Assembly (NCBI GenBank): GCA_964405295.1
Contig: CAYONI010000005.1
Location: forward strand, 1 to 61,782
DNA length: 61,782 nucleotides
Reading direction: 5' to 3'
From: an uncultured Methanosarcinales archaeon
GTDB lineage: Archaea; Nanobdellota; Nanobdellia; Woesearchaeales; CAYZNE01
Shown: positions 18,607 through 27,590 of the stretch, piece by piece
Layout of the letters: every line of letters begins with the position of its first letter
Position numbering within the stretch: the stretch's first letter is position 1
Made by a program: the position numbers and the translations under genes
Notes under the pieces: generated by a model
Told to the model about the DNA's origin: nothing
Database searches by the model: none
Seen by the model: only the letters and a program-made list of their open reading frames with translations

Positions 18607-19806
18607 TTATCTCGCTAAAGAGAGTAATTCATATTGTCTGCTATCTTCTCGATCCTCAGCTCTAATTTCATCTAAAGATTTTTCAGTTGGCTCTCTAGGA
18701 ATAAAAGATAATACTCCTCTTGAATTAACAACTTCATATTCTCTTGATTTAGTAGTTCTAGCAGAGTAATCAACTCCTCCGATATTATCCCAAGACCGCA
18801 CCTTAGCATATATTTGAACATACTCTGCAAATTCAGGCTCATCAGGGAATAAAACTGATTCAGATATCTGAGTTGGAGAATTTCCATAGTCAAAATAATA
18901 CTCAGTACTTTCCCATTGACCGTTTCCATAGAAATTAATTTCTAATTCTGCAAAATCAATTCCTTCACCATAAGATGCAACAAAATTTACATAAAAATCA
19001 TTTTGCCCATATCCTTGAGAAATATCTAATGTTGTTATGTCTGCCAATTCAACATCATCTAACTGAACATTCTCATAATAATTATATGGTCCGAAATTAA
19101 GACTATAATAACAGTCTAAATCAAAATCATCTTCCATTAAATCAAACTTAACTTCTGTATCTGATTGATACATGTAGCCCCCATTAGGGTTAAAATGATT
19201 ACTTGACCAAGTAGAGTAATAGTTGTCATCAATATCACAATGTACTCCATAATAATAATGAGGGATTATTTCTGCATCTTCAAGTTCTAATTCTGCCCAA
19301 CCGCACATACTACTATAAACTTCATTATCTATTGATACATAAGAATATTTTCTTAGTGTTAAAGAATAGTCAACATCTTGAGGTTGAGGATATTCTTCTT
19401 CTAAACATGCACCGCTCCAGCAACCATACCCACAATAAGCCTCATAACTTATACATGAGCCATTACCATCACAAAGTTGTTCCATCACATGTTCATTATC
19501 TGTGCAGTAATCCCAATGCCATTCAATATTAGTACCATTTGTATCGTTGATTCGCACATAACCCTGATTATAAACGTCATCACCATCAGAATCGTAGCAT
19601 CCTCTAATTTCAACAGGTTCAACATCATTAGTCAAAGTCGGTTTTATTCTTGAAGCCTGCCCACCAAGATTAATTTGATCTTCTTCTCCACCAACAACCG
19701 TAGTTGTTTGTTTGTTATTTGGTATAAACAATAATACTAAAGCGACTATTGCAACAATTGCAACAATAGAAACAAAAGCAACATTATTTTTTTTGTCTTT
19801 TCCCAT
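18607..19806 (-). CDS. Membrane-anchored acidic surface protein
   Basis: N-terminal TM (IVAIVAIVALV), CYDSDG...DYC...CxxGCxxGAC module. Confidence 0.8.
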   Translation of the reverse strand: MGKDKKNNVAFVSIVAIVAIVALVLLFIPNNKQTTTVVGGEEDQINLGGQASRIKPTLTNDVEPVEIRGCYDSDGDDVYNQGYVRINDTNGTNIEWHWDYCTDNEHVMEQLCDGNGSCISYEAYCGYGCWSGACLEEEYPQPQDVDYSLTLRKYSYVSIDNEVYSSMCGWAELELEDAEIIPHYYYGVHCDIDDNYYSTWSSNHFNPNGGYMYQSDTEVKFDLMEDDFDLDCYYSLNFGPYNYYENVQLDDVELADITTLDISQGYGQNDFYVNFVASYGEGIDFAELEINFYGNGQWESTEYYFDYGNSPTQISESVLFPDEPEFAEYVQIYAKVRSWDNIGGVDYSARTTKSREYEVVNSRGVLSFIPREPTEKSLDEIRAEDREDSRQYELLSLAR

Positions 19807-19882
19807 AAAAATATCACCTAAATATCATACTAATAGGGTATTTATTGATATTAACCTTTATAAAGTTAACGGAGTTAAGAAC

Positions 19883-20068
19883 TTATTTTTTTCTCTTCTT
19901 AAAACAAGCATCACAATAGACCTCTGGTCTACGTGGCTTAAACGGTAGAAAAAACTTCTTTTTACATTCACAGCAAACTACTTCTGTTTCTCTTTTACGA
20001 GAACTCGACTTTTTACCTTCTCTCTCAAAATCAATATGCTTGTTTAATTTACTAAAATCTTTTTTCAT
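19883..20068 (-). CDS. CxxC-x17-CxxC zinc-ribbon protein
   Basis: VVCCECKKKFFLPFKPRRPEVYCDACF. Confidence 0.8.
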   Translation of the reverse strand: MKKDFSKLNKHIDFEREGKKSSSRKRETEVVCCECKKKFFLPFKPRRPEVYCDACFKKRKK

Positions 20069-20143
20069 AAAACAAATAAACTTCAAACATTTAAATAACT
20101 TATTATCACAACCATTATAAATCAGTCAAATCTCGAAAATAAC

Positions 20144-20473
20144 ATGAGATACAAGAAGGTTTATGGGCAATCTAAAATCAATAAATGCCCATTCTGCGAC
20201 AAACAAGCAACAACAGAAAACAAACAGGGAGTCCCAGTTTGTCAACAACACAAAAACAATTCTCTTGACCTAAAATGTGCCTGCGGTTCTTGGTTAGATA
20301 TAAGAAAAGGAAAATATGGCCCATTCTGCACATGCATAGAGTGTGGAATAATTAATCTAAATAAAGCATTAGAAATAAATCAAAATATTAAAATTAAAGA
20401 AAAATCAACAGAAGACATAAATGATTCTAAGAATATTATTGTGACTTCTGATGAAGTTGATTTCTTATTTTAA
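20144..20473 (+). CDS. Zinc-binding hypothetical protein
   Basis: CPFC...CQQH...CACG...GKYGPFCTCIEC. Confidence 0.8.
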   Translation: MRYKKVYGQSKINKCPFCDKQATTENKQGVPVCQQHKNNSLDLKCACGSWLDIRKGKYGPFCTCIECGIINLNKALEINQNIKIKEKSTEDINDSKNIIVTSDEVDFLF

Positions 20474-20543
20474 AATAAAAAACAAAACAAGTCCAATTAA
20501 AATAAGAATTCCAAGACCAATAATCATAAATATCTACAACTAT

Positions 20544-20705
20544 CTATTTCAAAATAAACCAGCAATAAATATTAATTAAACCAAGAATTAGCGGATATAA
20601 TAAATAAACTCTAAAACCATTTACAATTATTCCAGCTAAAGAAAACACCATCAAACCTAAACTAACTGCAAACACCAACCAAAGTGCATAAGTTCTTCTG
20701 TCCAT
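20544..20705 (-). CDS. Small membrane protein, possibly degraded
   Basis: Manual translation MDRRTYALWLVFAVSLGLMVFSLAG...; further hydrophobic codons downstream of stop. Confidence 0.35.
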   Translation of the reverse strand: MDRRTYALWLVFAVSLGLMVFSLAGIIVNGFRVYLLYPLILGLINIYCWFILK

Positions 20706-20879
20706 ATAGGTTTAATTAAATTTCATATTTATAAATTTTAATAAAAAGAAAAGGGGTTGCCATACTGTTTTGTGCAATCGTCTTTTACAACTTTCCAGTT
20801 CGATGCATGCACTTCTTTGTACAACAGGATATAGGGGTTATAAATTGTTTAGAAAAATAAAAAAAATAAAGGAAAGGAT

Positions 20880-21953
20880 TTATCTTACAATCTCAATTCC
20901 TAATTCATTTGATAATTCTTGTCTTGCAACATTAGCTTGTTTAGCTGATTGCTTGCCAAGAATCCATGGAGAGTTTACACCAGTTATGATTGTCATAACA
21001 GTAATTCTTCCCTTCATATCGTCGTCAACTCTTGCTCCCCAGATAACGTTTGCATCTGCATCCATTGATTCAGTTACTAATTCACCAATTTTGCTGATGT
21101 CATCCAAAGTCATATCTGGTCCACCAGAGATATGCAAGATTGCGCCAGTTGCACCTTCGTATGATATGTCAAGTAAAGGATTACTTAAAGCTCCTTTTAC
21201 AGCTTCTTCAACTCTATTATTAGTATCAGATGCACCAACTCCAATTGCAGCTACACCACCATCAGTCATGATAGCTCTTACATCTGCATAGTCTAAGTTT
21301 ACTAATGAAGGCACTGCAATAGTTTCAACAATTCCTTTAATCATTGTTGCAATTAATTCATTAGCAACTGCAAATGCTTGTTGCACTGGTAAGTTACCTG
21401 CAATTTGAACTAATCTATTATTATCAATTACAATTACAGTATCTGCTACTTGTCTTAGTTTTTGAAGACCAAATTCTGCTTTGTCAACTCTTGCTCTTTC
21501 TATTTTGAAGGGCATTGTTACAGTTCCGATTACGATTGCACCTGCTTCTTTAGCTATTTGAGCAACAATTGGTGACGCACCAGTTCCTGTTCCTCCACCC
21601 ATTCCAGCACATACAAAACACATATCTGATCCTTTTAATGCTTCTTTTAATTCCTGAATAGATTCTCTAGCTGCCTCAGCTCCTTTTTCCGGGAAACCAC
21701 CACATCCAAGACCTCTTGTTACATCCTTACCAATAAGGAATTTCTTGTCTGCTTCGATCATATTAAGATGTTGTAAATCTGTATTGCATGCAACGATTTC
21801 TGCTCCTTTTACTCCTTTCTTGTAAAGCCAGTTTACCATGTTATTTCCAGCTCCACCTGCTCCTAAAACTTTGATATTTGCTTGGCCTACTTCGAAATCA
21901 GATTCGCCGATATTTTCTTGTTGCTTTAAAGCACTTTCCACAATAAAATCCAT
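20880..21953 (-). CDS. ftsZ: Cell division protein FtsZ
   Basis: GAGGAGNN, GMGGGTGTG, NLDYADVR; ATG 21953 after GGGGG SD. Confidence 0.98.
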   Translation of the reverse strand: MDFIVESALKQQENIGESDFEVGQANIKVLGAGGAGNNMVNWLYKKGVKGAEIVACNTDLQHLNMIEADKKFLIGKDVTRGLGCGGFPEKGAEAARESIQELKEALKGSDMCFVCAGMGGGTGTGASPIVAQIAKEAGAIVIGTVTMPFKIERARVDKAEFGLQKLRQVADTVIVIDNNRLVQIAGNLPVQQAFAVANELIATMIKGIVETIAVPSLVNLDYADVRAIMTDGGVAAIGVGASDTNNRVEEAVKGALSNPLLDISYEGATGAILHISGGPDMTLDDISKIGELVTESMDADANVIWGARVDDDMKGRITVMTIITGVNSPWILGKQSAKQANVARQELSNELGIEIVR

Positions 21954-21992
21954 TTTTGGTTTCCCCCTTGTTATATTTTTTCCAATTTTTTT

Positions 21993-22024
21993 GGTGCCAA
22001 TAATCATTTTGATTATTGAGCATT
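21993..22024 (+). repeat. Bulged-hairpin repeat copy (in ftsZ leader)
   Basis: GGTGC-CAATAATCA-ttt-TGATTATTG-A-GCATT. Confidence 0.8.
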
Positions 22025-22307
22025 TAGTTTTATATGTTCAAACATATATTCTGCAGCATCAAAAGGCTTTTAAATGATGAGTGTGATTTCAAACAACAAA
22101 AGCCCCGCACAACCCTTGAAATCCCATCAAAGAGGGTTTTCAAAGCTTTTGAGGGTTTTTTATTTGAAGATTGCCTTTTTAACTACAATTAGAATTATGA
22201 TATAACTTATATATAAACCTTTCTATACTATAGTATACAATAATAGAATTATGGATAAAAAAATAGAAGAATTTGTTTTTTTAATATACTAAAACTTTTC
22301 AGTTTTA

Positions 22308-22841
22308 TTATCTAACAAAAAGGGTTCTTTTTCTACCAGAATACAAACCCATGTCTGCCATCTGCTCAAATTGCTCTGGTTCTAAGACAAGTGTGTTCAA
22401 AGTTATACCATATTTTTCCTTAATATTGTATACATTTACCTTTATAGGTTCAGGATTTACGTTTCTACCTATTACAAGCAAATTTATCCTGTCCTTTGTC
22501 TCTTTGCCATACTGCATTATAGACTCTATATTAGGATCGTGCCTTATCAGCTCTACAAATTCATTAATATGAGCCTCTGAATCTTCAAATAAAGAACTTA
22601 AATAAGCTGAAGCATCACCATCATTTAACTTATACAACCTAAGTGACTTAATCTTATTAAAACCCACCAGATTCTGCTTTATGAGCCTTCTAAGAATTCT
22701 GTGCGTTGTAGCTACAGGAACACTACTTTCTTCAGTAACCTCATTAAGACAATATTCCTTTGTAGGATTCTTAATAAATACACCTAAAACAGCCACTGTT
22801 TTGGAATCCATAAGCCCTAAAATTGATTCTTTAAAGTTCAT
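22308..22841 (-). CDS. HTH protein with degenerate nucleotidyltransferase-like C-domain
   Basis: LNEVTEESSVPVATTHRILRRL HTH; QYG...INLLVIG. Confidence 0.7.
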   Translation of the reverse strand: MNFKESILGLMDSKTVAVLGVFIKNPTKEYCLNEVTEESSVPVATTHRILRRLIKQNLVGFNKIKSLRLYKLNDGDASAYLSSLFEDSEAHINEFVELIRHDPNIESIMQYGKETKDRINLLVIGRNVNPEPIKVNVYNIKEKYGITLNTLVLEPEQFEQMADMGLYSGRKRTLFVR

Positions 22842-23058
22842 TGTAGTTTTTACCGCACTAAATTAAATTTTTAGCTTATTTCTGTCTGAAACTCCAATAT
22901 TTATAAACTTTATCATTTATAGAAACTTATTTTTAAATTTGGAATTCATTTCCATATTTGGAGTCTATTTTCATATTTGATATGAAGTGCATTTAGAAGC
23001 ATATTACAAAAATTGGATTTTTTAGAAAAAAATTTAGAATATTTTTTAATTTTAGAAA

Positions 23059-23217
23059 CTAATCCTGCATACCCTTAGCCTTTCTTCGATAAGAACCAAA
23101 TTTGTCATCAACTGGGAACTTTGCAGGTCTAGGCTTAACTGTAGCAACACCGCACTCAGAACATTTATCAGAAAGAGTATATTTTGCACATTTTGGACAT
23201 TTCATTATATGCTGCAT
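23059..23217 (-). CDS. nop10: H/ACA RNP protein Nop10
   Basis: IMKCPKCAKYTLSDKCSECG...PAKFPVDDKFGSYRR; follows aIF2-alpha. Confidence 0.92.
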   Translation of the reverse strand: MQHIMKCPKCAKYTLSDKCSECGVATVKPRPAKFPVDDKFGSYRRKAKGMQD

Positions 23218-23232
23218 TTTACTTCCTTTGAA

Positions 23233-23345
23233 TATGTGCTTAAGGTCAGCTGATTCTAAACAAAGCATCAAGTGCGTTGTGGGAGGTTGCTCCCTACGGG
23301 ACCACCGCACATTCAAACTACACATTGATTCAGTGAAAGCACATA
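23233..23345. ncRNA. Unrecognised structured intergenic element, copy A
   Basis: Closed by TATGTGCTT/AAGCACATA stem; core shared with 55237-55388. Confidence 0.55.
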
Positions 23346-23357
23346 AACATTAATATT

Positions 23358-24143
23358 TTACTTCTTATCAGCTCTTACAAAACTGAATTCAGCCTTATTT
23401 TTTTCACAGAACTCTTTTGCAAGATCAAGACCCTTTTTTAGAATTGTCTCTGCTTCCAAATAATCATGAGCAATTAACATTAATCTGAACTTACTTGAAC
23501 CAAGATATTTGATTGAAATCTTCTCTTTATCAACATCTCCAATCATAATTAAAGCCTTTCTAACAGTATCAACACCATTTGCTTCATAAGTCTTTACTGA
23601 GACATCACCAACAATCTCAACTTGTTTAGGTTTTATTCTCTCCCTAATAAGCTTTTCAATAACTTCTGTTTGCTTTTTTTCAAGGCCCAAAACAGAGAGA
23701 TCATAATCTTCTTCAATTACTGCCTCGAAACTAGGATAAACACATTTATCTTCTTGCATAGGAACTTTAGCAACTGCAAAATAAAACTTCTGAACATCAA
23801 GTTCTAAAAGTTTTGCTGAATCTTCAATTATCTTTTCAGCTTTTAACTCCTGCTTAATCTTGTCCATCTTTTTTCTCTTCTGATTATCATTAACTCTTCT
23901 AAGAGAAAGATCTATATGGCCTCTTTCAGTATTAACTCTAAGAACTTTACAAACAACAGCTTTACCAACTTTGACAAAGTCATTAATATTTCTTATTCTT
24001 CCTGGACTAACTTCAGAAATATGGATCATACCAGGCTTTCTATATTCTTCAACATTAACAAAAACAGCATTATAAGCTACTTTATTAATTTTACAAAGAA
24101 CTAATTCTCCTTCTTCTGGATAACCCTGATTATTTAATAACAT
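23358..24143 (-). CDS. eif2a: Translation initiation factor aIF2 alpha
   Basis: YPEEGELV, GMIHISEV, GHIDLSLRRV. Confidence 0.96.
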   Translation of the reverse strand: MLLNNQGYPEEGELVLCKINKVAYNAVFVNVEEYRKPGMIHISEVSPGRIRNINDFVKVGKAVVCKVLRVNTERGHIDLSLRRVNDNQKRKKMDKIKQELKAEKIIEDSAKLLELDVQKFYFAVAKVPMQEDKCVYPSFEAVIEEDYDLSVLGLEKKQTEVIEKLIRERIKPKQVEIVGDVSVKTYEANGVDTVRKALIMIGDVDKEKISIKYLGSSKFRLMLIAHDYLEAETILKKGLDLAKEFCEKNKAEFSFVRADKK

Positions 24144-24182
24144 TCTTCTAAATACCCCTAATTAAAAGTTTTATCGAAGACA

Positions 24183-24380
24183 CTATCCTAAAACTTCAAG
24201 AATTCTTGCTTTTATTTTGGTTTTTCCACCAGTTGGTTCTGCGATTTCGTTTTCACAAACTAAGCATTTAATAGTACTTGCTGATTTCCCAAAAATTATC
24301 TGCTCATTCTTGCATTTAGGGCATCTTACCTTGATAAACTTTGATTTTGTTTCCTTAAGTCTTTGATCTGAAACTGACAT
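24183..24380 (-). CDS. rps27e: 30S ribosomal protein S27e
   Basis: SKFIKVRCPKCKNEQIIF...C..C...PTGGK. Confidence 0.96.
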   Translation of the reverse strand: MSVSDQRLKETKSKFIKVRCPKCKNEQIIFGKSASTIKCLVCENEIAEPTGGKTKIKARILEVLG

Positions 24381-24391
24381 TTTTTACACCT

Positions 24392-24703
24392 TTATATAAG
24401 CTCTACTTTTTTAGCTCTTATTCCTTTCTTTTGAGCATGAGTTTTCTTACAAACAGAACAAGTATATCTAAAATCTGTTTTCTTGCTTGTTTTTTTACCA
24501 ACCATTTTTGGTTTTGGAGGTTTTGAATACTTACCTAAATTACCAGTTCCCTTCCAAAAACCTCTTAATTTAGTTCTAACTTTAGAACCAATACTAAGTG
24601 GATGAGCAGAACCTTTAGCCTTTCTTTTTGCTTGTGAAACTATATGCTTAGTATGCTTCCTACAGAATGGGCATAATCTATTTATTTCTTTAGGTTTTTT
24701 CAT
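24392..24703 (-). CDS. rpl44e: 50S ribosomal protein L44e
   Basis: CPFCRKHTKH...KKTDFRYTCSVCKK. Confidence 0.95.
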   Translation of the reverse strand: MKKPKEINRLCPFCRKHTKHIVSQAKRKAKGSAHPLSIGSKVRTKLRGFWKGTGNLGKYSKPPKPKMVGKKTSKKTDFRYTCSVCKKTHAQKKGIRAKKVELI

Positions 24704-24788
24704 TTTTATTTACTTTAATTTCTGACTAAAAATGAGAGCTCAAAAACTCTTTCATTTTTGCATGTTTTCATTTTTTTATTTACACTCA

Positions 24789-25388
24789 TTACCTAGAAGC
24801 ATCTGCTTGTCTTTCTAATTCTAATTTCTTTTTAACAATTGATGAATTTGCACTTAACTCATAAGCTGCCAATATTTCTTCAGCAAGAGCCTGCTCTACT
24901 TTCTTCTTTTTGTTAAAACATTTTTGATAAGCACCTTGAGTTATAAGTTTTAAAACAATGTCAACTCGTCTTTGAGGAGCACACTCAACAGGCTTAGGAT
25001 ATCTCGCACCACCATATTGAACAGTTAAAATTTCTTCTCTTGGAGCACCATTCTCAATTGCTTTAATAAAAACTTTAATAGGATTTTCTCCTGTTTTTTT
25101 CTCAATTATTTCAAAAGCTTTAATCACACTCTGCATTGCAGAATTTAATTTTCCAGTATTGTGACCTGAACTTGCCTTGTGTTTTGAAGACTTGTGTCCA
25201 GAAACCATAACTCTATTAATTAGTCTTTCAACAATAAATATTCTTGATTTATGAAATCTATTACCTGCATATTTTCCACAATTTTTTGGAACAATCTTTG
25301 GCGTAAGAGTTATATACCTTTCTAATCCTGGATCCTCTACTTTAAGACCTTCTGTGGACCATCTATTGAATGCTAAAATTTCAGTCAT
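24789..25388 (-). CDS. rps7: 30S ribosomal protein S7
   Basis: IVERLIN, APREE, PQRRVD, KKLELERQA. Confidence 0.96.
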   Translation of the reverse strand: MTEILAFNRWSTEGLKVEDPGLERYITLTPKIVPKNCGKYAGNRFHKSRIFIVERLINRVMVSGHKSSKHKASSGHNTGKLNSAMQSVIKAFEIIEKKTGENPIKVFIKAIENGAPREEILTVQYGGARYPKPVECAPQRRVDIVLKLITQGAYQKCFNKKKKVEQALAEEILAAYELSANSSIVKKKLELERQADASR

Positions 25389-25490
25389 TTTTTATTATCA
25401 CCTTAAACTAATATGGCATACTCATTTGAGTATAAGTAACTCTGTGGAAATTTGATTAATTTATAAAGGTATCGAAAGAATAGTCGTGGG

Positions 25491-26222
25491 TTAATCTAAT
25501 AATAATTTAATCTGAATTTCTCCAAAATGTTTTCTTTGTTTCATACTAAGGGCATTTTGGTTCTCTAAATGCAAAAGAGGAATAAAAGTCATAACTTTAT
25601 CTTCTTTAGTCTCACCTGGAACCAATTGAGAAAAAGTCAATAGAGGATTTGCCTTAAAATAAACAGTTGCTTCTTGTAAAATATGCTTCATTCTTGCCTG
25701 AAGATCTTGCTCAGGTTTTTTTGGAGCAATGATTTTAACTTCTTCAGGTTTCCTATACACATTTCTTCTTTGCTCTAACTTTAATGCTTTTTCAAGAGCA
25801 TTAACTAGATCATAAACAGAAACTTTTCTAATTCTTGGCTGAGGAGTTCTTGGTTTTATTGCATTTTTTTCATCACTATAATCAACTGATTCTCCTGCAA
25901 TTTCTTCAAGAAGATCAATGCTGTCGTCGCTGTTAAGCATATCATCGAATGCAACAATTTCTGTATCAAGAAGTCTTTTTGATTTTATTTTCAAAAGAAT
26001 TGCTGATGCAAGAATAACTTTTCCAGAAATTCTAAAATTCATTTCTTTAAATTTTCTTAAATTTTGCAAAAATCTTTTTGCTAATATAGAAACATTAATA
26101 TCCCAAGGGTTCATATTTTCTTGTTCAATTAATTCATAAATCATTGATTGCCAACTAATGTCATCTTCCTTAAACAACATATCAAAAATTTTCGTTCCTG
26201 GGGAGTCTGATTTAGTTACCAT
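25491..26222 (-). CDS. scpA: Segregation/condensation protein ScpA (kleisin)
   Basis: MNPWDINVS, SGKVILASAILLKIKS, TFIPLLHL...QRKHFGEI. Confidence 0.9.
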   Translation of the reverse strand: MVTKSDSPGTKIFDMLFKEDDISWQSMIYELIEQENMNPWDINVSILAKRFLQNLRKFKEMNFRISGKVILASAILLKIKSKRLLDTEIVAFDDMLNSDDSIDLLEEIAGESVDYSDEKNAIKPRTPQPRIRKVSVYDLVNALEKALKLEQRRNVYRKPEEVKIIAPKKPEQDLQARMKHILQEATVYFKANPLLTFSQLVPGETKEDKVMTFIPLLHLENQNALSMKQRKHFGEIQIKLLLD

Positions 26223-26350
26223 ATTAAGTAATCCAGTATACAATTTCATATATTAATACTCTGTTTTTTATAAATTTTGTTATGAATTTATATATTGAGA
26301 AATATTGAATTCAAATATTTTATTTATTCAAAGGGTATTAATACCTTTTT

Positions 26351-27493
26351 TTACTCTTCTAAGTCAACATTAAAGCTAAGTTCTTCTCCTGAAACCATAT
26401 CTTTTAGACCAACCCAAATTGAGTCAGGGCCACTAATTTCATTTCCATCAACAACAATTTGTTCAGTATATACTGTGTCTGGAGTACAAGGAGAAGGGCC
26501 CGCAGTCCAACAGTATTCATATGCCCCATTACCATTAGTAATTGTAATTCTTGCTCGATAGTGAGTAACATAATCATCCCATGCTATTACATAATGTTCC
26601 CAATTAGCTACGGTTACAGTATATTCCAAAGGAGTATAGTCTTCTAAGGAGTATAAAGGAATATAATAAAATTCTCCTGGACCAGAAGTTACTTTAAGAT
26701 ATTTATTTGAAATTGCAGTATTACCTAGCATACTGCTTTCATCCACAACTACTGGTTGTGCAACACTAATACAACCATTGGAATCACAAATTTCTTCGTA
26801 GGAGGTTATACCCCCGGCTGAGATTATATTTCCTCCTGTATAAATTCCATCATGGGCAACTATAACATTACTTGCAGTTAGAGATCCTTCAACTCCAATA
26901 TCACCAGATGAAGTAATTTTAAAAGGAATAGTAGAGGAAGTATCATCATTAATATTAAATTCACCATTATCAGAGATAATTGTAAAATTTTTTCCATTTG
27001 CTCCAGAATCATAAAGTTCTATTTGTGGTGCAGGGTAGTTTCCTTGAATTCTAAAACGACCTTCATTTATAAGAAGATCTCCTAGAATATCTAATGAACC
27101 ATTAACATCTAATGCTTTTCCTGGATTAGTTGTTCCTATTCCTACCTTCCCATTGGTTGCAACATAAACCCCTCCTGTGGAAGTATCAAGATTTTTGATG
27201 TGTATTCCATCTCCTGATTCAATATATAAAGTCCTCTGCGGGTTGGGATTGACACTTGTGTCACAACTATCATCATAAATCCAAGAATCATCACCTAACT
27301 GTAACTTACCAGTACAATTAGGAGAAATCTGAAATATATCTGCACCAACAACAACTTTATTATCAATATTAGAACCATAAATAAAATTAGTATAAGAAAC
27401 AGGGTGATAGCTCATGCCAAAAGGAACAAATGCGTTAGCACTAACTACTAAAACAAGCATAAAAAACAATGATAAGATAAATATTTTTTTCAT
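26351..27493 (-). CDS. Secreted fibre/adhesin-like surface protein
   Basis: Signal peptide; GKVGIGTTNP-LDVNG beta-repeat; paralog of 27591-29387. Confidence 0.75.
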   Translation of the reverse strand: MKKIFILSLFFMLVLVVSANAFVPFGMSYHPVSYTNFIYGSNIDNKVVVGADIFQISPNCTGKLQLGDDSWIYDDSCDTSVNPNPQRTLYIESGDGIHIKNLDTSTGGVYVATNGKVGIGTTNPGKALDVNGSLDILGDLLINEGRFRIQGNYPAPQIELYDSGANGKNFTIISDNGEFNINDDTSSTIPFKITSSGDIGVEGSLTASNVIVAHDGIYTGGNIISAGGITSYEEICDSNGCISVAQPVVVDESSMLGNTAISNKYLKVTSGPGEFYYIPLYSLEDYTPLEYTVTVANWEHYVIAWDDYVTHYRARITITNGNGAYEYCWTAGPSPCTPDTVYTEQIVVDGNEISGPDSIWVGLKDMVSGEELSFNVDLEE

Positions 27494-27590
27494 TCTGACA
27501 CCCCAGCATAAATATAATTAGTAATATAGTAGAATTTACAACTAATCCTTTTAAAAGTTACCTATTATTTTAGAATTTAAAAGAAAAAAC

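Noticed and set aside
23233..23345. Hammerhead ribozyme or C/D box sRNA
   Set aside because: CTGATT does not match CUGANGA, and no convincing RUGAUGA/CUGA pair is conserved in both copies
24727..24762. Degenerate hairpin-family copy between rps7 and rpl44e
   Set aside because: Outer stem does not fit the consensus and an alternative fold is at least as good
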